From Sphingomicrobium sp. (GTDB lineage Bacteria; Pseudomonadota; Alphaproteobacteria; Sphingomonadales; Sphingomonadaceae), in assembly GCA_035637935.1 (NCBI GenBank), contig DASRAY010000139.1, positions 12,500-36,499 of the forward strand: 24,000 bases of DNA. Reading direction: 5' to 3'. The stretch's first letter is position 1; each line of letters starts with the position of its first letter. The notes under the pieces are model-generated. The model saw nothing but the letters and a program-made list of their open reading frames with translations, ran no database searches and was not told where the DNA came from. The position numbers and the translations under genes are program-made. Below are positions 7,527 through 14,728 of this stretch, piece after piece.

Positions 7527-9458
7527 ATGGTCGAACGGATCGTCTCGACCCCGGACGAGCCCGAGGTTCCCGACACGCCGCCGGCGACGGCCGCAGTCGC
7601 GCAGACTCAGGGCGGCGGGTCGCCGAGCGGTGACGGCCCGCCGGATGTCGCGCCGGATGCCGCAACCAGCATCGAGTTCCGGCTTGGCCGGCGGTTGCGC
7701 TGGTCGGCTCAGACCCCGCGTTACGAGCGCAAGGACGGCGACCCGGTCTACCGGCCGCTGCGGATCTACACGATCGATCCCTCGCGCAGCCGGCGCGAGG
7801 GTCAGACGGCCGAGATCAACATCCCCTACGAGCGGCTGCGCAAGGGTCCGAACGGCGCCCGTTTCCGGGTGCTGAAGGCGAAGAGCTGGCCGCTCGACAA
7901 TTACGACGACGTCGACCTCAATGCGGTCGGGCTGCTGATCAACAACGGCCGCGATCCGGCCCCGACCGATCCCGTGTTCCACCACCAGATGGTCTACGCG
8001 GTCGCCATGACCACCTACGCGATCTTCCGCGCCGCGCTCGGTCGCGAGCTGAGCTGGGGCTTCCCGGACTCCAAGCTCAACCTGGTCCCGCACGCCTTCG
8101 AGGAAGCCAACGCGCAATATGTCCGCGACCGCAAGGCGCTGCTGTTCGGCTGGTACCGGGTCGAGGCCAGCAACCGGGTCGACATGCCCGGCGGAGCGCT
8201 CATCTTCTCCTGCCTGTCGCACGACGTCATCGCGCACGAGCTGACCCACGCCTTGCTCGATGGGCTGCGCGTGCGCTTCGACCGCGCCTCCAATCCCGAC
8301 GTCGGCGGGTTCCACGAAGGCTTCGCCGATCTCGTCGCGATGCTCCAGCGCTTCACCTATCGCAATGTCGTTCGAAGCATCATCCTCAACACTCACGGCG
8401 ACCTCACCAAGGCCGGCGAATGGTCGCGGCTGGTGTACGAGCTTGCCCGCGGCAAGGGGACCAGCGCGCTGCGCTCGATCGATCTCGCCGGCGCGCACCG
8501 CTACAACCCGCAGGCCGAGGAGCATGAGCTCGGCACGATCCTCGTCTCGGCCCTGCTCGATGCGTTCGTCACCATCTACACGCACAAGTCGGCCGGGTTC
8601 ATCCGGCTCGCTACCGGCGGTCGCAAGACCCTGGCCGAAGGCGAGGCGATGTCCGCCGACCTGCTCAACGAACTGACGCACACCGCCTCGCGGCTGGCGG
8701 GCCACCTGCTGACGATGTGCATTCGCGCGATCGATTATTGCCCGCCGATCGACATCACGCTGGGCGAATATCTTCGGGCCTTGATCACCGCCGACTTCGA
8801 CCTCGTGCCCGACGATCCATGGTCGTACCGCGAGGCGCTGATCGACGCCTTCCGCAAGCGCCACATTTTCCCGGGGAGCGTTCCCGCGCTGAGCGAGGAC
8901 GCGCTGCTGTGGGACCGGCCGCGGCACAAGATTGTCATTCCCGGGCTGAACTTCGGCGAGCTTCGCTTCTCCGCCGACCCCGGCTGCGCGGCTGATGCGG
9001 CGGAGGTGCTGCGCCAGGCCCGACTGATCGGGGAGACGATTTGCCTTCCCGAGAATCTGGACACGTTCGGGCTCGCCGATCCCAAGGACAAATATTTCGC
9101 GCCGGACAAGGTCGACCCGCCGGTCATCGAGTCGGTCCGCTCGCTGCGCCGAGTCGGCCCCGACGGCCAGCTCGCCTTCGGGCTGGTTGCCGAGGTCATC
9201 CAGCGCCGCTTCGTCCAGGGCGGCGGCGGCTATCCGTCGTTCACCTTCCGCGGCGGCGCGACGATCATCTTCGGCGGCGAGGGCGAGGTCCGCTACGTCA
9301 TCGCCAAGAGCGTCAAGAGCGAAACCCGCCTGATGCGGCAGCGCGACTATACGATGAATTCGGGCGGCGACGTGTTCGCGCTCGACAAATGCCGGCACGA
9401 ACTCGGCAAGAAACGTCCCCCCCGCGGGCCCGCCGGCCGCGGCAAAGTGGAGCACTGA
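7527..9458 (+). CDS. Thermolysin-like (clan MA(E) gluzincin, M4-like) zinc metalloprotease with disordered N-terminal leader; no signal peptide
   Basis: 643 aa. VIAHELTHALLDG (HExxH at about 8235-8249), followed 22 residues after the second His by GFHEGFADLVA. This parallels thermolysin's AHELTHAV...NEA.SD arrangement (third ligand Glu). The first ~47 aa (MVERIVSTPDEPEVPDTPPATAAVAQTQGGGSPSGDGPPDVAPDAATS) are Pro/acidic low-complexity. Confidence 0.75.
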   Translation: MVERIVSTPDEPEVPDTPPATAAVAQTQGGGSPSGDGPPDVAPDAATSIEFRLGRRLRWSAQTPRYERKDGDPVYRPLRIYTIDPSRSRREGQTAEINIPYERLRKGPNGARFRVLKAKSWPLDNYDDVDLNAVGLLINNGRDPAPTDPVFHHQMVYAVAMTTYAIFRAALGRELSWGFPDSKLNLVPHAFEEANAQYVRDRKALLFGWYRVEASNRVDMPGGALIFSCLSHDVIAHELTHALLDGLRVRFDRASNPDVGGFHEGFADLVAMLQRFTYRNVVRSIILNTHGDLTKAGEWSRLVYELARGKGTSALRSIDLAGAHRYNPQAEEHELGTILVSALLDAFVTIYTHKSAGFIRLATGGRKTLAEGEAMSADLLNELTHTASRLAGHLLTMCIRAIDYCPPIDITLGEYLRALITADFDLVPDDPWSYREALIDAFRKRHIFPGSVPALSEDALLWDRPRHKIVIPGLNFGELRFSADPGCAADAAEVLRQARLIGETICLPENLDTFGLADPKDKYFAPDKVDPPVIESVRSLRRVGPDGQLAFGLVAEVIQRRFVQGGGGYPSFTFRGGATIIFGGEGEVRYVIAKSVKSETRLMRQRDYTMNSGGDVFALDKCRHELGKKRPPRGPAGRGKVEH

Positions 9459-9465
9459 GACTCGC

Positions 9466-11550
9466 ATGGCCAAACTGACCCCGCTCGAGGACCGCCGGCG
9501 CCACATCATGCACGAGGCGGCGAAACGCTGGACGGACCGGCCGCGCGGCCAGCAGGTGCGCGACCAGCTCGCGGCGCTCGGGGGTGAGGCGAGCGGCTTC
9601 GACACGCCGCTGCGCGAGAAGCAATTTGCGGAGCGGACCGCAGTGCTTCAGCAGGCCGCAGCGCTGCGTGAAGCGGGACAGCTGCCGATCGGCCTCGAGC
9701 GCAAGATCGGCGCCACCCTCGACTTCGTCGAGAACGCGCCGAGCGAGGCGGCGCGCAAGGCCGGCCGGCCGGTGGTCCGGATGGTCACCACCTGCGACCC
9801 CAAGGTCGTAGCCGTCGGCTTCGCCACCGGGTTCGTCGTCTCGCCGCGGCTGATCCTCACCAACTGGCACGTCTTTCCGGATGTCGCCCAGGCGCGCGGC
9901 AACGGCGCGAACTTCTTCTACGAGCGCGACGAGCGCGGCGTCGGCCTCGGCGAAATCTTCGAAATCGACCCCGATTATTTCTTCATGTCCAACGAGCGGC
10001 TCGATTTCGCTTTGGTCGGCTTCAAGAATACCTCGGTGTCCGGGGCGGCCCTGGCTGACGTCAATCCGATTGCCATGACTACGTCCCCGGCCAAGATCCT
10101 GGTCGGCCAGCCGGTCAACATCATCCAGCATCCGGACGGCGGCCCGAAGACCTGGGTGACGATGAACGAGAACCGGCTGATCGACATCAGCGACGAGGGG
10201 TTCCTCCAATATACGGCCGACACGCTGCAGGGCTCGTCGGGCTCGCCGGTGTTCAGCACTTCGTGGGAGCTGGTCGGGCTCCACCATTCGGGCGTCCCCG
10301 AGATGCACGACGGCAAGATCGTCTCGACCGAGGGCACCGAGTGGAACGAGGACATGGGCGACGAGAAAATCCACTGGATCGCCAACGAGGGCGCGCGGAC
10401 CAGCGCGATCGTCCGCGCGCTTGCCGAAACCCGGCTCGACGACCCGCGTCAGCAAGGCATCCTCAACAACATGCTGGTAGGGACCGCGGACCCGATCGAG
10501 CAGGTCAAGCAGTTGCTCGGCGGGACGGCCGCGGAGTCGACCGGCGCCCAGCTTCCGGCCGCCGCGGCCCCGGCGATCGGCGCCGGGGACCGGCAGATGG
10601 TGTTCACCGGGCCGGTGACGATCATCATGGGGGGTGCACAGGCAGCCGACGCGTCGGCGCCGCTCGGCGAGGCGTTCGAGCGGACCATCCAGTTCGATCC
10701 GAACTACGACGACCGCAAGGGGTACCAGGCCGACTTCCTCGGTGCCGGGCTGGCGGTGCCGGCGCCGACCGTCGCCAAGGCGCGCGACGCCGAAATCCTG
10801 ATGAAGGACGGCGCGCCGCACGTCCTCGATTATCACCATTACAGCGTCGTGCTGAACTCCAGCCGCCGGCTGCCGATGTGGACCGCGGCCAACGTCGATT
10901 ACAGCCCCGACCGCCGGAAGATCGGCGGGCGCGCCGGGTTCGGCACCGACAAATGGGTGTTCGACCCGCGCATCCCCAAGGAGGTGCAGCTCGGCGACCA
11001 GTTCTACGAGCCGGCGCACCAGTCGGACCGCGGGCATATCGTGCGCCGCCAGGACAGCGCCTGGGGCGACACCGAGCAGGAAGTCGAGTTCGCCAACTCC
11101 GACACCTTCCACTGGACCAATTGCACGCCCCAGCATGCGGCCTTCAATCGCGCCGCCGCGCCGAGCAAATATCAACTGAAGGAGGGGCTGTGGGGCGGGT
11201 TCGAAATGTACACGCAGGGCCAGCTCCAGCACGGCGACACCCGGGCCTGCATCCTCGCCGGCCCGGTGCTCGCCGCGGACGACCCCGAGGTCGACCTCGG
11301 CAAGGGTCCGGTGAAGATCCCGCGGAGCTTCTGGAAAGTCGTCGTGGTTGCAGCCGCCGACGCCAGGAAGCCGGCGCTTCAGGCATATGGCTTCCTGCTC
11401 AGCCAGGACGATTTGCTCGAGAAGTTCGGGATCGAGTTCGCGCCTGGGCGCTTCGCCAAATACCGCACGTCGCTCAAGGACATCGCCAAGGCGTCGGGGG
11501 TCGAATTCGACAAGGCGCTGCTGGCGGCGGAAGTCGCGGTGCAGGGCTAG
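9466..11550 (+). CDS. Fusion protein: trypsin-like serine protease (Trypsin_2/V8-like) + DNA/RNA non-specific endonuclease (Endonuclease_NS / NucA family)
   Basis: 694 aa. Protease triad context: LILTNWHV (His), RLDFALVG (Asp), LQGSSGSPVF (Ser). An Ala/Gly-rich linker follows. Nuclease half: YHHYSVVLNSSRRLPMWTAANV, SDRGHIVRRQD (DRGH catalytic motif, about 11026-11037), FHWTNCTPQHAAFN, GLWGGFE, KIPRSFWKVVVV. No signal peptide (MAKLTPLEDRRRHIMHEAAKRW). Confidence 0.85.
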   Translation: MAKLTPLEDRRRHIMHEAAKRWTDRPRGQQVRDQLAALGGEASGFDTPLREKQFAERTAVLQQAAALREAGQLPIGLERKIGATLDFVENAPSEAARKAGRPVVRMVTTCDPKVVAVGFATGFVVSPRLILTNWHVFPDVAQARGNGANFFYERDERGVGLGEIFEIDPDYFFMSNERLDFALVGFKNTSVSGAALADVNPIAMTTSPAKILVGQPVNIIQHPDGGPKTWVTMNENRLIDISDEGFLQYTADTLQGSSGSPVFSTSWELVGLHHSGVPEMHDGKIVSTEGTEWNEDMGDEKIHWIANEGARTSAIVRALAETRLDDPRQQGILNNMLVGTADPIEQVKQLLGGTAAESTGAQLPAAAAPAIGAGDRQMVFTGPVTIIMGGAQAADASAPLGEAFERTIQFDPNYDDRKGYQADFLGAGLAVPAPTVAKARDAEILMKDGAPHVLDYHHYSVVLNSSRRLPMWTAANVDYSPDRRKIGGRAGFGTDKWVFDPRIPKEVQLGDQFYEPAHQSDRGHIVRRQDSAWGDTEQEVEFANSDTFHWTNCTPQHAAFNRAAAPSKYQLKEGLWGGFEMYTQGQLQHGDTRACILAGPVLAADDPEVDLGKGPVKIPRSFWKVVVVAAADARKPALQAYGFLLSQDDLLEKFGIEFAPGRFAKYRTSLKDIAKASGVEFDKALLAAEVAVQG

Positions 11551-11559
11551 CGGTCGGTC

Positions 11560-12534
11560 GTGCAAACCCCCGCCGACTATGCTGCGCGGTACGAAGAGCT
11601 GACCGTGCCGTCGCTGGAGGGAAGCGCCGACCTCGCGACCGGCATCGCGGTCGACCGCTACCTGCTGAAGATCCGAGACGGCGGCTATGACGAGCGGACC
11701 CGGCTCGGACAAAAGATCCAGAAGGATCTCGCCATCCGCCGCAAGGCCGATAAGTCCGCCAAGATCCGGGTCCGGGTCGATACGCCCGGCGGAGTCGAGG
11801 AACGCGAATTCGACAAACTCGAGCTGAGCGACAGCGATCAGCTGTGGCTGCTGTTGCGCTATCCCTATACCGGCAAGGGGTCTCCCGAAGGCGTTCAGGC
11901 AATCCTGCAGCTCGCATCCGTCGAGCTCCCGGGAAGCCCGGCGATGGTCAAGCCGGCGAACTTCCAGGCCTATTGCGACAAGTGGCTCGGGCTCGATTGC
12001 AATGGCCTCGTCGGCAACTATCTGCGCCACGTGTGGAAGGGCATCCACTGGTCGGACGTTACAGCGACGGCCAGCCCGGTCAGCCCGAACAACGACATCA
12101 AGGCGATCTGGAACGGGTTTGACGGAACGGTGCGGTCGTCGGCTGCCGAAGTCAGCTTCAAGGACCTCAACCTGTTGGTGATGCTCGATCCGAAGACGGG
12201 CGAAATCAGGCCCGGCGGGCCGGGCCATCCGCCCGGCCACATCATGATCTCCCAGCCCCACGAGATCGAATACGACACCGGCCTGAAATCGATGCTTGGG
12301 GTGCCCGACGACAAGGAGGTTCCCGGGCTCATCGTCCTCGAATCGACCGGCGCCAAGGACAGCGCCGACAAGAAGGACGGCGTTGCGAAGTCGGCCTACG
12401 CCTTCGTCGATCAACTCCCGCCCAAAACCAAGGCCAACCCGAACCCGAAGCCTAACGGCGTGTTCAAGGTTCGCCGCGGACTCAATAACACCGGGCTATT
12501 CGTACGCATCAAGGGCGCTGCGTGGAGCGGGTGA
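11560..12534 (+). CDS. Putative papain-fold cysteine hydrolase (NlpC/P60- or CHAP-like) with unknown ~130-aa N-terminal domain; no signal peptide
   Basis: 324 aa, GTG start at 11560. LGLDCNGLVGNYL resembles the NlpC/P60 catalytic-Cys block (DCSGLV.y.y). PPGHIMISQPHE resembles the GHVgIy...H His block, 80 residues downstream. Coding status is strong (operon packing, composition). The family assignment rests on motifs only. Confidence 0.5.
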   Translation: MQTPADYAARYEELTVPSLEGSADLATGIAVDRYLLKIRDGGYDERTRLGQKIQKDLAIRRKADKSAKIRVRVDTPGGVEEREFDKLELSDSDQLWLLLRYPYTGKGSPEGVQAILQLASVELPGSPAMVKPANFQAYCDKWLGLDCNGLVGNYLRHVWKGIHWSDVTATASPVSPNNDIKAIWNGFDGTVRSSAAEVSFKDLNLLVMLDPKTGEIRPGGPGHPPGHIMISQPHEIEYDTGLKSMLGVPDDKEVPGLIVLESTGAKDSADKKDGVAKSAYAFVDQLPPKTKANPNPKPNGVFKVRRGLNNTGLFVRIKGAAWSG

Positions 12535-12538
12535 CGCG

Positions 12539-14728
12539 ATGGCGGTGAGTAGTGCCGACGCACCGCGATCGTTCGTCGATTTTGCACCCTTCGAGCCGTT
12601 TCTGCGCGAATATGGGACAACGATCCGGGTGCTCGAGGAAGCGCGGCAATTTGCCTCGGTCGCGCGCGACGGCGGGTCCGACGCACCGCCGGTGGCCGAA
12701 CTCGACGAGGTCGCGCTGCTGCTCGGAATCGGCTCGGTCGGGCTGGAAATGCGCGGCGTCAATTCGTCCACCACCTGGTTCGTGGAATGGCTCCAGGCCG
12801 GCGCCTTCAAGGTGGATGAAGTCCTGAGCGAACAACGTCAGCGCTCCGGGGCGTCACAGGTGCCGCTCAACGGTGCGGCAATTCCATCGGACAGCGTTCG
12901 AGCGCGAGTCCTGCCGCTCGCGGTCGCGCTCGCCCGCCGCACCGTCAACCGGGATCGTGCCGACGCGCGTCACCTCCTCTTCGCCCTGCTGAGCCAGCCG
13001 CCGGGCAACTTCGGGCCGTTCAGCGATCGGGCCGACGGGACCGCGCTCCGGCAGGCGCGGCAGATGATCGTCGATCACATCCAGTCGAGCCACGAGGAGG
13101 GCGAGGACCTCGCGGCGTGGCAGCAGTTCGTCACCGAGCCGCTGCTGGCCGAACGCGGCGCGTCGTCATCCGAGCCATCGGCGCCGTCGGAGGATGCGGC
13201 CTTCGCCGCCGGGCCCTCCCGACTATCCGAAACCGTCGGCACTTTGTCGGACGCGCCAGCGCTGGTCGACGCGCTCGGCCGGCAGGCGTTCGCCGAGGTG
13301 CTCGCGACCCGCGGCAAGCAGGTGTACGAAACGCTGCGGTCGGGGACGCTCGGCAACGATTCTGCGTTCATCCTGCATATCGATGGCCCGTGGGGCTCGG
13401 GCAAATCGTCGATCCTCAATTTCCTGAAGACCAACCTCGAACAGTCCGACCCGCCGTGGCTGATCGTCGAGTTCAACGCCTGGCGAAACCAGCAACGCTC
13501 CCCGGCCTGGTGGCCGATCATCTCCCACGTGTGGGGGGCCGTCCGCCGCGAGAGCCCCTTCAAGTTCAAGATGGCGCGCTGGGTGTGGCTCAGATGGACG
13601 ATCCGGATGCGCTGGATTCCGGTGGCGCTCAGCCTCGTGCTGACGGGTGTGCTGCTGTATTTCGCCTGGCAAGCCGTCGCCGGCCATACCGAGGGTGTTG
13701 CAGGAGCGGTCAAGGATATCGGGGCCGCGGTGCTCGCTCTGGCCACGCTCGCCGGACTCGCGCTGACCACGAGCCGGACGATTTTCTTCGGATCGAAGAA
13801 CGCCGCCGAAGCCTATGTGCAGTCGACGGTCGAGCCGTATCGGCCGATCGTCCGGCTGTACGAGCGCCTGATCGGGGCAATCGGTTGCCCGGTCGCAGTG
13901 TTCATCGACGACATCGACCGCTGCGAAGGCAATTACGTGATCGAATTGCTCGAGGGCATCCAGACTCTGCTGCGCTCAGCGCCGGTGGTCTATGTCGTGG
14001 CCGGCGACCGCAAGTGGATCTGCTCCAGCTTCGAGAAGCGTTATTCCGATTTCGGCGGGCAGATTGGCATGCCCGGCCGCCCGCTCGGCTATCTGTTCCT
14101 CGACAAGGTTTTCCAGCTGTCGACCGCGATCCCGCGCCTGTCGACGGTTCGCCAGGCCGATTATTGGAAGCGCCTGCTCGAAACCGGGGAAAACGGCGCG
14201 CGCTCCTCCCCCCGAGACGTCAAGCGGCTCGAGGCCGAGGCTGAGAAGGAGCTGGAAGGGAAGACCAGCCACGAGGAGATACAGGCGGAGATCGACCGGA
14301 CCGAGGAGGGCAGCCTCGAGCGCGAGACGATCCGCGCCGCGGCCGCGAAGCAGACCACCAGCCGCGAGGCGATGCAGGCCGCGGAGCATCGGCTGCAACC
14401 GCTGTCGCACCTGCTCGAGCCGAACCCGCGATCGATGAAGCGGCTGGTGAACGCCTATGGCCTCAACCAGGCCCGCGCGTTCCTCGAAGGGCGGACGGTC
14501 GAAGTCGAGGCGCTCGCGCGCTGGACGATCGTCGAGCTGCGCTGGCCGATCCTCGCCGACTATCTGGCGACCAACTGGAGCGACATCGCCGACCAAAGTC
14601 TGTCTGTCGCGCAATTTCCGGACAGTATCCGCGCTCTGCTTTCGGATTCTGACGTGAAGGAGGTCTTCGGGCATGACGGGGACGGCATGCCCCTCACCCT
14701 TGCGACGCTGGGACCGATCCTCGAGTGA
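12539..14728 (+). CDS. KAP-family P-loop NTPase with TM helices inserted in the NTPase domain and an N-terminal Clp_N-like double repeat
   Basis: Real start ATG 12539 (5 nt after the previous stop); the upstream part of track ORF 12296..14728 is off-frame overlap. Walker A HIDGPWGSGKSSILNFL (about 13384-13410). Hydrophobic insert WIPVALSLVLTGVLLYFAW ... AAVLALATLAGLALTT (about 13570-13790). Walker B VAVFIDDIDRC (about 13892-13925). TM segments between Walker A and B are the defining feature of KAP NTPases. N-terminal TIRVLEEARQFA...VALLLGIG and RARVLPLAVALA...ARHLLFALLSQ resemble the two Clp_N repeats. Confidence 0.85.
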   Translation: MAVSSADAPRSFVDFAPFEPFLREYGTTIRVLEEARQFASVARDGGSDAPPVAELDEVALLLGIGSVGLEMRGVNSSTTWFVEWLQAGAFKVDEVLSEQRQRSGASQVPLNGAAIPSDSVRARVLPLAVALARRTVNRDRADARHLLFALLSQPPGNFGPFSDRADGTALRQARQMIVDHIQSSHEEGEDLAAWQQFVTEPLLAERGASSSEPSAPSEDAAFAAGPSRLSETVGTLSDAPALVDALGRQAFAEVLATRGKQVYETLRSGTLGNDSAFILHIDGPWGSGKSSILNFLKTNLEQSDPPWLIVEFNAWRNQQRSPAWWPIISHVWGAVRRESPFKFKMARWVWLRWTIRMRWIPVALSLVLTGVLLYFAWQAVAGHTEGVAGAVKDIGAAVLALATLAGLALTTSRTIFFGSKNAAEAYVQSTVEPYRPIVRLYERLIGAIGCPVAVFIDDIDRCEGNYVIELLEGIQTLLRSAPVVYVVAGDRKWICSSFEKRYSDFGGQIGMPGRPLGYLFLDKVFQLSTAIPRLSTVRQADYWKRLLETGENGARSSPRDVKRLEAEAEKELEGKTSHEEIQAEIDRTEEGSLERETIRAAAAKQTTSREAMQAAEHRLQPLSHLLEPNPRSMKRLVNAYGLNQARAFLEGRTVEVEALARWTIVELRWPILADYLATNWSDIADQSLSVAQFPDSIRALLSDSDVKEVFGHDGDGMPLTLATLGPILE

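Noticed and set aside
6286-9605. Minus-strand ORFs 6286..7665 (459 aa) and 7482..9605 (707 aa)
   Set aside because: They are antisense shadows of the astacin-like and thermolysin-like genes, with the same Arg/Gly/Ala/Pro/Asp-rich composition and no start context or motifs.
9313-12414. 1033-aa ORF on the minus strand, the longest in the track
   Set aside because: It is antisense to the trypsin-NucA and papain-like genes, whose plus-strand products carry unambiguous catalytic motifs. Its product is Arg/Gly/Ala/Pro/Asp-rich low-information sequence with no motif. This is typical of shadow ORFs in high-GC DNA.
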